A stretch of DNA of 62,591 nt, filler included, from Chrysochromulina tobinii (Eukaryota): the NCBI GenBank assembly GCA_001275005.1. It is 11 parts of 11 records of this genome, joined end to end, with 100 filler letters (N's around TTAATTAATTAA, not from the genome) between each part and the next. Parts side by side here need not be neighbours in the genome. Positions count along the whole stretch, not along the records: positions 28,037 to 49,861 come from JWZX01000828.1; positions 49,962 to 53,617 come from JWZX01000829.1; positions 53,718 to 55,907 come from JWZX01000830.1; 8 more parts are not named here. One strand, given 5' to 3'. The first letter of the stretch is position 1, and the number at the start of each line of letters is the position of its first letter. Below are positions 43,134 through 54,459 of the stretch, in pieces. A program made the translations under genes and the position numbers. The notes under the pieces are model-generated. The model did no database searches and had not been told where the DNA came from. It saw only the letters and a list, made by a program, of their open reading frames with translations.

Positions 43134-43595
43134 TCCAGTTACGTTGTCGTGTAGTGAGATCCAGCCGAGGCTGCCGGATCACTGTGTATACAGTCTCTTC
43201 GCTCGGGCTCTTAAGTTGTGCACATCACCGCTCTGCGTAGCTACTCCAACCGTACTGCCGGCTCGCAGACCGGACGCACGTGCGGCGCCGCGGAGCCCGG
43301 CCGAGCTGCGCGCGGCCGCGCGGCGGCCGCGGGGGCGCGCCGGGCCGGGGGCGCGGCGTCTCCGACAGACGACTTCACAAATTCGAAATTGCGCGGTGAA
43401 CGGTATATGTCAACTTACAATGTTCAAAATAGCATCAGGAAACGCCTCTCACGTGCACACACCGCGAGCGCTCCCACTGTGGCCTTCGCACAGCCCGAGG
43501 TGCGCCCTGACTTTGAGCTCTGGGGCCACGGCCTTGTGCACGTGCGTGAAGGCTGCTGTGGCCGTGAACACGCTGATCATCACACGCGGCGACCA

Positions 43596-44192
43596 TCAAC
43601 GTCGGCGACCGACTCCGCGACCGAAGGACTGTTCCCATTTGCGCTTCTTGGGCACCGCTGTCATCTGGGCCACGAACCCTTTGCCTACCTGAGCCTCAAT
43701 CGCTAAGAGCAACGAATTGTCTAAATTGAGCGCAAATCTCTTTGCGAGTCGCCGCCTGGCCGACTCTATGGCCCTCGCCTCTGCAAGCTCGATGGCCGAT
43801 GAGCGTGAGGGCTGCTTCTGCGATTGGCCACTGCCCGTCTCGTCGTGCATGTGCTCGGGGGCAGCGTCCGGATGCAGTGCCATCAAAGAAAATACGACGC
43901 TGACACTGGCTGCCCAGGTGGTGCCACTGCCACCGACGACGTCAGGACGTTCCTCTGGCTCTGCAAAGTCGACTTCCGAACGGGACAGCTCCGTATCCCA
44001 TGCGTCACGCCCACCGAGTGCGGCATCCAGCACGAGGCAATCTCTCCGCACGCACACGCTCGCATTCGCAATCGCATCGGCATACTTGCTCGCGGGTGCC
44101 GGCGGTGGAGCCAATTCCGCGAGACCTTCGCTTGCGAGCAATGCTTGTATCTGCGCGTCATCCAGCGTTTCCTCTGCAGCAAAAGCTTGCAT
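43596..44192 (-). CDS. Hypothetical protein with C-terminal NLS-like PKKRK
   Basis: Open frame from the ATG at 44192; no recognised domain. Confidence 0.45.
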   Translation of the reverse strand: MQAFAAEETLDDAQIQALLASEGLAELAPPPAPASKYADAIANASVCVRRDCLVLDAALGGRDAWDTELSRSEVDFAEPEERPDVVGGSGTTWAASVSVVFSLMALHPDAAPEHMHDETGSGQSQKQPSRSSAIELAEARAIESARRRLAKRFALNLDNSLLLAIEAQVGKGFVAQMTAVPKKRKWEQSFGRGVGRRR

Positions 44193-44552
44193 TGTGCAAC
44201 GCCGGCAAGCGATGGGTGGGTGAGCGCTGACAGCCCTCAATAGTCTGGCGGAACAATTGTATGCTGTGAAAATGTCGCTGTGAATAGTATCGCTGTGCCG
44301 TGAATTCTTCACCACCGAAGAGACCTTAAAACTTGTCAGTGTGAGGTCTCCGGACGGTATCCGGACGATGACGTGAACGGGTTCAGCGTGACGCACAAGG
44401 TCAAAATGAAACACACAAACACTGAGGCAGGTCAACACGGATGGCGTGATCCGTGAAGTTTGTTCTCCGACAAAATGTGAAGAATTCACGCACCGAGAAT
44501 GTGACCGAAGTCATCATTTCCCCCAATCCGGGTCTTCCTTAGAGCTGCTTCC

Positions 44553-45587
44553 TTATTGCTCCGTCCTCAGATACGTCAGTGCCCGCTCAAGGCTGATGGA
44601 TCGTAGGTCCGTGCCTTTCGTGGACATTGTAAGCAGCGACGCGTTAAGGGCAGCATCCTCCGGCTCGAGGGCCGCCAAGTCGCTCATGAAGCCGTCGAAT
44701 CCAATCTCATCACGCTCCTCGGCGGTGAAAAGTACCTCGAAGACGATCGACAGCGGCAGATGATCCGCCGGCAGCGAGCGAGCGACCTGCTCGGAGGAGG
44801 CACCCTTGCCGGCCGCCGCCGCCGTGAGTGCGGCCGCAGCGGCCGACCACGCCTCGCGTATCGCCATTTCGCGCTCGGGAGTGAGCAGCGGCGATTGTTC
44901 TGTGTACCATCGATTCATCACTTCATGCAAGTGCCGGCGCACTGCCACATCGATGCCGTGTTCGTGGCCTTCGCAGCTACCTCGCGTGACGCGCATCACG
45001 CACAGATTGCTATGTCCCATTGCCAGCGCTTCGTCGCCGCTGCTACCCGTCGTCGGGAGTGGCTCACACCGCTCCACAGTCCACGGCAGCTCGGTACAGC
45101 GCAGGAGCGCTTCGAGGAGCTCGCAGCGTCTGAAGGAGATGACAGCGTAGACTCCACCGTGCGTTAGCAGCCTGGCCACATTGCATAGCAGTGGCGCACC
45201 GAGGTCCTCGGTGAGCGCACAATCGAGCATGCCCTTGTCGACCACAAGCTCCACGCAGCCGTCGGCGAGCGGCCACATTGCGCCGGCTGCAGCCGTCACG
45301 TCGGCCGTCACCCATCGCAGGCCAGCGCGCTCACCGAACCGCGCGGTCATGGACGCAGCGCAGTGCGTTTCACGGTCGACTCCGATGACGTTTGTATACA
45401 TCGCAGCGAGGTGCAAGGGCAGAATAGACGTGCCGCAGCCAATGTCGAGCACGCGCGCATCCGGCGCGAGCCCGAGGGCTTCTGGAGATAGGCACGGCGC
45501 GAGCATTGCACAATCGGCCGTGACCCACTCGAAGATGCCTCGGTCGACCGCCTCCGAGTCGACCGTGGCCTCGTCGGCCATAAGCAT
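44553..45587 (-). CDS. Class I SAM-dependent methyltransferase (EEF1AKMT4/METTL12-13-like)
   Basis: FEW, VLDIGCGTS, VVDKGMLDC and GGVYAVISF. Confidence 0.82.
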   Translation of the reverse strand: MLMADEATVDSEAVDRGIFEWVTADCAMLAPCLSPEALGLAPDARVLDIGCGTSILPLHLAAMYTNVIGVDRETHCAASMTARFGERAGLRWVTADVTAAAGAMWPLADGCVELVVDKGMLDCALTEDLGAPLLCNVARLLTHGGVYAVISFRRCELLEALLRCTELPWTVERCEPLPTTGSSGDEALAMGHSNLCVMRVTRGSCEGHEHGIDVAVRRHLHEVMNRWYTEQSPLLTPEREMAIREAWSAAAAALTAAAAGKGASSEQVARSLPADHLPLSIVFEVLFTAEERDEIGFDGFMSDLAALEPEDAALNASLLTMSTKGTDLRSISLERALTYLRTEQ

Positions 45588-45821
45588 GAGCTCTTGGTTG
45601 CGGAACACTTGCCGGACGCGTTCGACCTGTACCGGGAGTTTCCTGCGGTAAAAAGACACCGGGTTTCCTGCGGTACATAGATGCCAACGCGTAAACTTAA
45701 CCGTAACGCGTGAAAATGTGCTCGCAATCTCGCTGGATTTGTAATTTATCATCGCGGGAATGGATCTTGCTCCTCTCATCTGGAGTCGGCGCGCGATCGC
45801 CTTCACATCGTCGCCTGCCCC

Positions 45822-47762
45822 ATGAAGTTGCCCATTGGAGCATCCTCGCCCTTGGCTCGGGCGGTGTTAGCCGCACTTCTCGCAGCAGCTCCTCTGCAGC
45901 CCTTTGAGCTGCCAGCACGAGCGGTAACGCCGCCTGCAATCGAGAGACCATCTGCACTGCTTGCGGATTTCTCGATTCCAAAATTCGATACATCATCGTT
46001 TTCGCTGCCAAAGATTGACGTGCCCGACGTGTCATCGCTCTCGTTGCCGTCGGATAGCCAGCTTGCCGCTGCCAAAGATGCCGCCATGGCAAGCTTGCAG
46101 GACTTCAATGCTCAGCTTGGCCCCGCGTTCGAGGGTGCCAAGGCTCAGTTCGGCCCCGCGCTCGAGGACGCTAAGGCTCAGCTTGGGCCGGCCGTACAGG
46201 ATGCACTGTCGGCAACGAAGACCATTCTTCAGAATGCCCCGGCGGCGCAGAAGGCGATGCTCGAGAAGAGCTTCAGCCCTGAGGCGCTCGAGGCGCGCGA
46301 GAGGGCGGCCAAGGAGGCGAAAGAGCGGTTCGCAGCGGAAAAGGCGGCACTTGCCGCGCAGCAGGCAGCGGACAAATTGGCGCATGAGGAAGCTTCAGCT
46401 GCTGCGGCGAAGGCCAGGAGGGAGGCGGAGGCGCAGAAGCGCGCCGAGGTGGCAGCAGCGGCCGCGGAGCGAAATAGGGAGGCAAAAGAGGCAGCAGAGG
46501 AGCGCGCCAAAGAGATGAAGGCGAAGCAAGCAGAGGCTGCTGCTGCTCGGGCGGCAAAGTATCAGGGCATTACGAGCCGAGCGGAGCAAGGCGAAGTGGA
46601 GGCGACGGAGATGCTCCGCGACCCGAAGGCGGCGGCGGCAAAGAAGGCGGCGGCCGCGGCGGAGAAGGCGGCGGCTGAGAAGGCGGCCGCCGAGAAGGCG
46701 GCGGCTGAGAAGGCGGCGGCCCAGGCGGCAGCGGCCGAAAAGGCGGCGGCAGAGGCGGCAGCACAGGCCTCCGCTGCGACAGCGGACAAGGCCGCGTCAG
46801 TGTCCAAGGCAGCGACGGCGGAGGATGCAGCCGCTGCCGCTGCCGCGGCCCCAACGGATGCCGCGGCCAAGGCGGCCGACGAGGGGAAGGCGGAAGTCGC
46901 GCGGGCGGAGGCGAAGGTGGCGGCGGAGGCGAAGTCGGCGGCGGATGCGAAGGCGGCGGCGGCAAAGTCGGCGGCGGAGGCAAAGCCAACCGATGCGAAG
47001 ACGGCGAAGGCGGAGGCAGCGGAGGCGAAGGCGGCGGAGGCGAAGGCGGCCGCAGAGACGAAGGCGGCCGCCGCGCAGAAAGCGGCCGCCGAAAGCGCAG
47101 CCAGGGCAGAGGAGGCGCGCCAAGAGGCCATCTCAATCCGTGAGGCTGCCAAGGCTGAGGCCAGTAGCCGCCTGCAGAGTGCCGTGGAGCAAGGCAAGGC
47201 TCAGGTGGAGAAGGCCCGGGCGGAGGCGGGCGTCGTGGCGGCCGAGGCCATGAGCAAGTTCGACACGGTCAAGGCGGCGCAGGACGCAATCGTCTCGGAG
47301 ACGTCCAGCGCCGCGAAGCGGGTGCAGTCCGAGGCGGCCTCGCTCGCTCGCAAGGTGGCGCAGCTCAGCTCTGAGCAGGCGGAGACGCAGGCGGAGCTAG
47401 ACAAGACGTTCTTCCTCAATTTCGGCAAGCGCGGCGAACTCTCAGATCGGATCAATGCGCTTCAGAAGGAGGGGAAAGCGCAGGCCAAAGCGCTCGAGCA
47501 GACACGAAAAGCCGAGGCGCAGGCACTGGAGCGCGCCAACAAGGCGCAGGCCACGGCGGATGAGCAACTCAAGGTGGCGGCCAAGTTGGTCGAAGAGGCG
47601 ACGGTCAAGACCACCGAGCTCACCCGCGCAGCGGAGGCGAAAGCGAAGGCGCTCACGGCAGACGCAACCAAGCAGTCGGATGCCCTCGTCGCGAAGGCGG
47701 AGCAAAAGGCCAAGGCCCTCGAGAAGGAGGCGGCCAAGCTGGACAAGCTGAGCACACGATGA
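45822..47762 (+). CDS. Ala/Lys/Glu-rich coiled-coil protein with N-terminal signal/targeting peptide
   Basis: Hydrophobic leader ending ARA; EKAAA repeats; strong coding-type codon pattern. Confidence 0.7.
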   Translation: MKLPIGASSPLARAVLAALLAAAPLQPFELPARAVTPPAIERPSALLADFSIPKFDTSSFSLPKIDVPDVSSLSLPSDSQLAAAKDAAMASLQDFNAQLGPAFEGAKAQFGPALEDAKAQLGPAVQDALSATKTILQNAPAAQKAMLEKSFSPEALEARERAAKEAKERFAAEKAALAAQQAADKLAHEEASAAAAKARREAEAQKRAEVAAAAAERNREAKEAAEERAKEMKAKQAEAAAARAAKYQGITSRAEQGEVEATEMLRDPKAAAAKKAAAAAEKAAAEKAAAEKAAAEKAAAQAAAAEKAAAEAAAQASAATADKAASVSKAATAEDAAAAAAAAPTDAAAKAADEGKAEVARAEAKVAAEAKSAADAKAAAAKSAAEAKPTDAKTAKAEAAEAKAAEAKAAAETKAAAAQKAAAESAARAEEARQEAISIREAAKAEASSRLQSAVEQGKAQVEKARAEAGVVAAEAMSKFDTVKAAQDAIVSETSSAAKRVQSEAASLARKVAQLSSEQAETQAELDKTFFLNFGKRGELSDRINALQKEGKAQAKALEQTRKAEAQALERANKAQATADEQLKVAAKLVEEATVKTTELTRAAEAKAKALTADATKQSDALVAKAEQKAKALEKEAAKLDKLSTR

Positions 47763-48548
47763 TCGAGAACAAGACCATGAGGAGGAGAAGAGGGTCTGCA
47801 ATCCGCGAGTGTGCACTACCTTGCATGCGCACAAGCATATATTTGCACACATGCACATGCGCAGCATGCCTCATGCGCATGTGGGGTGTACACATGTACA
47901 CACGTTGCACCAGAGCGGGGACAGCAATCTATGCATATGCCAGCCATGGCCGATGGCGGTCTGGGTCTCCGGACTCCGCGTCACGTCTTCCATCGTCGCG
48001 CAGGGGTCAGAGACTCGGGGATAGTTTGCCACACGGAAGGCGAGAAAACCTAATGTTATGTAATAACCAAAGTCTGGACGGCCGGGCGGTCGGCTTGGAG
48101 TCGGCCGCCGGCGGGCCACGCGGGCGCGTGCGAACCGCGAGGGCCGAGGGGACAGCACTCAGCAGCGTCGCAGGACGCCGCCGCGGGGGCCGGGGCGTCT
48201 GACCGCGGGGCGACGACGGTAAAACCGGTAAAAGCCTTACGTTCGAGACTCTCGTCGCTCCATTGTAAGCGTGAGCCACCAGCGCCACCCGCCAGTCCGC
48301 GATGGCGATGCCGGTCGCGGGTAATTTACGGGTAACTTGGAGCCCCGCGCACAGTCGAGAGTCGACAGACGTGGCCAGATTGGCTTGTTCAGTTCACAGT
48401 TGTTCTCTTCAACGCGGCACCTCTCGAAGCATGCGCGGCGCCACGACGGGAGCGAACGCGAGGCGCTCGCGCTAGCCTCTTTTTAATTGCTGTAGATCAT
48501 TCACCTCCCCAGCAAATGCCACTGGGGCACAGAGCCTCGAGTTGAGGT

Positions 48549-49559
48549 TCAAACAAAGTGGTGTTTCGCGCCTGGCCTCGTGGGCTCAGCGAGGTTCTTC
48601 TCGCTCGTGAGTAGCCAATGGTGGACCGCCTTGTCACCAGTGCTCGCGATGCGGCGACCAGCTCGTGACGCGCCCTTGAGCCCGGCGATCGGTCCGAGCA
48701 GCGTCCTCCAGCCGCTGAGCGTGATGTTGTCTGCGACGCGGAAGAGGTGGCGCATCGCTCGTAGGCTGAAGACCTCTGTCTCCAGGGTGTCGCGTGGCTG
48801 CGGCGGGCGGAGAGTCGCCATCGTGCCGCTCGGCGAGTGAGCGTCCCACCCGTCCGAAGTGATCCACCGGCGGCGGTCACCCATCTCAAGCCGGTAGACT
48901 GCGTAGCCGTGAGCTGCCTGGAATAACTGCATCGTCTCCCCATCGACGTTGTTGCCTTCGATGGTGAGGGTGCCGACGGTGAGCTTCCGCTGCGAGATGA
49001 GGCGCTCGACGAGCCGCAGCCAGCTGCCCTCGGGCCCGTCGCTGTCCATCTTGATGAGATCCCAATGTGGGGGCGCCATCAGGTTGTGAAGGGGAAGGGC
49101 ATCTGCCGGGATCGTCGTCAATGGCTCTAGCACGCCCGTCAGCTCGTTGCGGGTGCGAGGCAAGGCCGAGAGGTTGCGCGTGAGGATGAGCTCCAGAAGA
49201 ACCCCGTGCGTCTCCTTGAGGCGGTCTCGCAGCCCGATGGGCGGGCCGCCAGCGCGGTACCCAGTCCACGCGCGCCGTGAGCGCATGCAAGATCTGGGGC
49301 CGTGATCTGGCACCGCGCACGCGAACGCGTTGAGCACGACGGAGCGGTCCGCAAAACAATTGAGGTGCGCCGATTCGCTCACGGCCATAGCAAAGTCGGA
49401 CGCGGGCTCGACGGACACCACGTGCGCACCCAGTGCGAGCATGATCATGCTCATCCATCCGTTGTTGGCTCCGAGGTCGGCGGCTCTGCAGGGCGGCCGG
49501 TGCTTTGGGCGAAGCGCGCGCGCGCGCGTTAGTATCCCTGAGGCTGCGCGCCCCCGCAT
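48549..49559 (-). CDS. FkbM-family methyltransferase
   Basis: ADLGANNGW..ALGAHVVSVEP and LIKMDSDGPE; 5' end uncertain. Confidence 0.75.
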   Translation of the reverse strand: MRGRAASGILTRARALRPKHRPPCRAADLGANNGWMSMIMLALGAHVVSVEPASDFAMAVSESAHLNCFADRSVVLNAFACAVPDHGPRSCMRSRRAWTGYRAGGPPIGLRDRLKETHGVLLELILTRNLSALPRTRNELTGVLEPLTTIPADALPLHNLMAPPHWDLIKMDSDGPEGSWLRLVERLISQRKLTVGTLTIEGNNVDGETMQLFQAAHGYAVYRLEMGDRRRWITSDGWDAHSPSGTMATLRPPQPRDTLETEVFSLRAMRHLFRVADNITLSGWRTLLGPIAGLKGASRAGRRIASTGDKAVHHWLLTSEKNLAEPTRPGAKHHFV

Positions 49560-50822
49560 GTACGCGCTCGGCCGCGCGGGACGGCCGCGAAGTCGCCATT
49601 TTTCAGCAAAAAGGTTGCCGAAAACCAAATTAGCCCTTCATACGTGTTTCCTTTCACGTTCACAAGAAAGCCCAAAGTTAGATTCGATTGCTGGTCTTCA
49701 CTGTGTCCTGTTTCACGGTTAACAAGTAAGCCCAAAGTTAGACAAGAAAGCCCAAAGTTGGACATCAGCCCAAAGTTGGACATCGTTTGCTAATCCATGG
49801 TGAAGAAGACGGACAAGGAGATGACGGACCAAGAATTGGGCATGATGTACCTGAAGGCGGCNNNNNNNNNNNNNNNNNNNNNNNNNNNNNNNNNNNNNNN
49901 NNNNNTTAATTAATTAANNNNNNNNNNNNNNNNNNNNNNNNNNNNNNNNNNNNNNNNNNNNGAGCGCCCGCACTGCTACTTTCAGTGCAGGCCAGCGGCC
50001 AGCACTGAATTTCACTGACACTGAAAGTAAAACTTGCCCCCCCACACTGCAACTGGAAGGAAATCGAGCAGTCCGTACTGAATTTTAAGGTAGTCCGCTC
50101 ATGGTGTGCATGGGGCGAACGGGCGAAACCTGATCTCCCAAAACACTAAAGGATTTTGGACAAAACCCGTACAAAACCCGAGCCAGAGGTGTCCCCAGCC
50201 TGCTCTCCCATTGATTTCTAGCACGAAACGATCAGAATCAAACGTGGAAATCCCATTCTCACAAATTCTCACGTTCACAAACCAGCCCAAAATCTTAACT
50301 CGAACCAGCTTGATTTCACTATGATTTCACCCAGTCTGCGCTGCATCACAGCACCTGGTGCGCCCTCGCCTGCTGGGTCGGCAGCACAGCACGCTTTCAT
50401 GGGTCCTTGCTGTGTGAGGGCGGGAAAAGAGGGGTGTGGCGGAGAAGGGAGGAGCACTGCGGGTCGAGAGCGGCTCGAGCGTGGTCTTGTGTTTGCGATG
50501 CTGTGTTTAGGTTCATTTTAATGATATCAATTTGATATTTATCGTGTTTACCGGGCATACCCGGCGTGGGCCGCGTGCTGGCACGCTAAATAGCGGCCGA
50601 GCAGCGGGTACCGCACTGTGGATGTACTCGAGCACTGGTCCACTGGATGTTACGCACTACTGAGAGTCGTCGGCGCAGGTCTGCACTGTTACTTTCAGTA
50701 GGTCTGAATGCCCTATACTGATTCTTCGCGCTACTCTCAGTGCTCAGGCCCAGCCTGGACCCATACTGCCAGTAGCCCTCAGTTGCTCACACCATACAGT
50801 TCAGTTGCCCACTGTTTGAAGT

Positions 50823-52672
50823 GTGGCAAGAGACTCGCTGGACGAGCTCCGAGCAGCAAATTCTGAGCTTGTGGCCGTCCTCGAGTCGTCCATCTCGAAC
50901 CAGAGCAAGGTCACGGAGCTCTTCATTGACAATAAGAAGCGCCTCGTTGATGGTATCCTCCTCAACATTTGCCGTGCCCAATCGCAGAAGAAGATGCCGC
51001 TGCTGACGGCTGCGTTGAGCGTGTTGGAAGAGGCTAACCAAGTTCCTGCTGCGTTTCACGACGTATTGACCACGTACTTCAAGGGTGCTCTCGCATCAAA
51101 GAATTGGACAAAGGATTTTATTGTGCGAGCGCGTGACCGTCGGCCGCCACCTTCAGCCGAGCCGCTTGAAGGCGTGGCTGTGGTCGCCTTCGACAATCTG
51201 ACGATGAATGTCAATTATGAATCATACGTACGCGAGGGCGAGGGCGGGTACAAATTGGACATGACCAACTGGTTCTCAACGCAGATCCCTCGCACGCTTG
51301 CTGGAGCGCAGTTTGATGCTCGAAAAATATTCAAGGAGGGCATCTTTCGGAAAGACCTGTCTCTGGATAAATTCAGCCGCTCGTTCTATCTCAACGAACC
51401 AGACATTGTTGCAAATCAGCGCAAGCGATGGGTGGACTTTCTCAAAGCTGCTGCGAATGGACGTTTGTTGGATCGACCGAATTCTAAGCCGCTGTGGCAG
51501 CCGTACAAAATATATCAGGAGCCGATGTTTGACCGTTTGCAGTCGTCTTACGCTGATGTGGAGTATGAGCTGAGCGTGATGACTCGTGCACACCGCGCCT
51601 TGCCGCTTCTGTTTGTTGCGGGCGATGGGCTCTCGTTGATGCGAATCAACCATCTGCTCGCCAACCACCCCGACAAATACATTGATCAGACGCCGTGCGT
51701 GATTCCAATCCAAGGCGAGCACCCGCACGGCCTGTTTCACGTCATGCACGGCGAGTGGCGGCTGTACAAGCCATTCATCATGTGGTGCGCAACCGCATTG
51801 GGCAACAGACAGGTGGTTGATGATCCGAACGTGTCTGTCTTCAACGTGCACAGATATTTCTTTTTGAACGTATTGACGCGTGCGTGTGCCGAGTACATCA
51901 ACGAGATCGCACAAACGCCTGGTGCTGACGATCTTGATGACCCTGCCTCATTCATCAGGAAGGCAGAATCCAATCTCGATTTTGCCTGGATTTGCCACTT
52001 TGCACACGACGCAGGCTTTTTGGTTCTGGATTTTCTGCAGGCCGTGCAGTTGGGAATCGAGACTCGAGTCGAAGGTTGGATCTTCTCTGGCGAGAGTTTT
52101 TTGCATCAGCCCATTCCAGCACGGCCAACAAGACCCAATATGTGCCCATGGCCATAATGCGAGTGTTTTGGGGCTCGGCTCTGGTCGAAGCTCTGGATGA
52201 CTTGTATCACTGCATTCGTGCGATTCCGAGCGGCTCGCATGATGGTTGTGGTGTCGGCTGGGACTGGGCTGTCGAGTTATTGAACCTCGCCATCAAGGAC
52301 CACGTAGCTGGCCACGTGAGTGAACACCAGATCAGAGAATTTGTGGCCAACTGGTCTTTGTTAGAAGCGGTGCAGAGCAGATTGTACGCCCTTCGGAATG
52401 AGCATCGGCACGCGAATACTTTGGGTCACGGTCCCGACGTCACCCGCGATGTTCACCATCTTCTAGAGATATTTCGAAAGGAAGTGGGGCGTACTTGGGC
52501 TGAGGCGACGAGCAGAAATTCAGTTTCACATGTCACAGAGGGACCAGGTCGCCAAACACAGCCCTGGCGAGAGGTGGAGAATGTGATGCGGCGTGCAGGG
52601 GATGACGCGCCACATGTGTACGTGCGCCAGTACGTCACCCGGCTCACCCCGTTTTTTGCATGGAGTCCTTGA
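50823..52672 (+). mobile_element. DUF6589-like putative transposase, frameshifted near 52050
   Basis: VAFDNL, FVAGDGLS, GLFHVMH, NKTQY and DWAVELLN resemble the DUF6589 pattern; lower GC than host genes, intronless. Confidence 0.6.
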
Positions 52673-53008
52673 CATGGAAGTATAATAGATCCCAATTAGA
52701 TCCCAATCCTTTAGTATAAGTAGCTTCCCAGCGCACAACGGAGGTACTGCAAGATGGAGTACGATGTGTAATTATCGAACGTAATTCGCGTTATTATTAA
52801 ACGCGAACGAGCGGCCGGCGGTGTGCTGCTCACCAGAGTATTACTCCGGTACACACAGTAGGAACCTCCACCTTGTCATAAAAACCTCTAATAAAATCAC
52901 TACACATCACTGCATCCCAACATCAGTTCAGTCACAACACAACACGCTCCCCAATAAATAAATAATTTGGGACGACTGTATGCAACCGCCGGACTGCATG
53001 CAAAGGAC

Positions 53009-53617
53009 TCAGTCGTCGTCATGGCTGTCGCGTGCGTCTGCGCCCATGGGGCCCCATGGGGAGCCACTTCTCGAGCCCCCCCCGGAGCCGGAGCCGGAGC
53101 CGGAGCCAAATAGGTCCGATTTGCCTTGCCGATTGAGCATGTACATCAACGACTTCAGCTGTGCTTGGGCAGTTGCAGCTGAAATCTTCTCCTTGGTGAG
53201 CTCGCTGGACATGCTCGCCTGGGCTTCGAGCATCGCCACCTGTCTGGTCTTCTCTTCAAGCTGCCGCTGGAGAGCTAGATGATCCCGCTGGCACCGAGGA
53301 GGGGTTGAAGGACGCGCACGAGGCCATCAAAAAATCGGACACCACCCTCGAGGACCAGCTGCACACGAGCCTCGACAAGCTCGGCGAATTGAGCAAGGAG
53401 GCGGACGCGGCTGATAAATTAAATTTCGTCGTGCAATCGCCCATTGAGAGCTTGCTGGTGGCGGCTGTGAGCAGGCGTGCGATGCTGAAGATTTCACCTT
53501 TCGAGCTCGGCAGCGGTGGCGGCGGTGGCGACGGCGGCGGTGGCGACGGCGGCGGCGGCCGTGGTGACGGCGGCGGTGGCCACGGCATAGGCGGCGGCGA
53601 AGGCGAGGGCGACGGCG
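53009..53617 (-). pseudogene. Pro-rich/coiled-coil ORF fragment with frameshift
   Basis: Adjacent ORFs in different frames ending in a coiled coil and GS tail; truncated by the gap. Confidence 0.3.
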
Positions 53618-53728
53618 NNNNNNNNNNNNNNNNNNNNNNNNNNNNNNNNNNNNNNNNNNNNTTAATTAATTAANNNNNNNNNNNNNNNNNNNNNNNNNNN
53701 NNNNNNNNNNNNNNNNNCGGATGAGCGC

Positions 53729-54268
53729 TTGCGCAACTTTGTGTTCACCATCGAGTTCTTCATCGGCGACACGCCATTCTGGTCATGGACAGGCCCTTTC
53801 CAAACAAAACTGGAAGGTGCGGATCCCATAGACCGATTTCTTGGTTGTCGGCTGTGGACTCAAAACGACCGTCCGCCGTGGGCGATCAATTATCTGATCA
53901 GTCATTTCCATCGATTTAACTATGCTGCAAGAATAACTGCGCGAATCCTCGTCACCAAAAGGATCGGCACGTGCATTCGTACGCGTATCTTGACTGACAT
54001 GATTACCGACGACTGGGATAATACCGGATTCTTACTAAAGGAGAGGAATAACTCTTCTACAACATTCGATTCTGATGGGAACGCCTTCACGCCCATGGCG
54101 TACCGCACCGATGTACCGGGTGGGACAGCAGCGCTCATTGTGGCGAGAGCACTTCCTCAAGTCTTGGTTGATCAAGGTATATTCGAGTTTGTCATCCTTA
54201 CTCCACATGACGAGCTTTGGTCACCGGAGGCAGCTATCGACTTCCTCGAAAGATTCGTGGCGTGGTAA
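53729..54268 (+). CDS. Hypothetical protein, 3' part (5'-truncated)
   Basis: Open frame from the contig edge in ~50% GC sequence; no recognised domain. Confidence 0.4.
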   Translation: MRNFVFTIEFFIGDTPFWSWTGPFQTKLEGADPIDRFLGCRLWTQNDRPPWAINYLISHFHRFNYAARITARILVTKRIGTCIRTRILTDMITDDWDNTGFLLKERNNSSTTFDSDGNAFTPMAYRTDVPGGTAALIVARALPQVLVDQGIFEFVILTPHDELWSPEAAIDFLERFVAW

Positions 54269-54459
54269 CGCCACGACGTCTCGCTGCCTCCACCTGCTAA
54301 TGACGCCGACGTTGTACAATGTACAATCTACAAACGTAAATGTCATAGATTGTACATTCAGACTTTACTCCACATGCTAATGACGCCAACGTTGGCTATT
54401 GACAACCTCATCTTATAACACAAATGACCACTTTGAACTACTTCACTTACCTCACCCCA

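Noticed and set aside
45822..47762. TolA-like bacterial gene
   Set aside because: The similarity is only compositional (EKAAA repeats); there is no TolA C-terminal domain and the context is eukaryotic.
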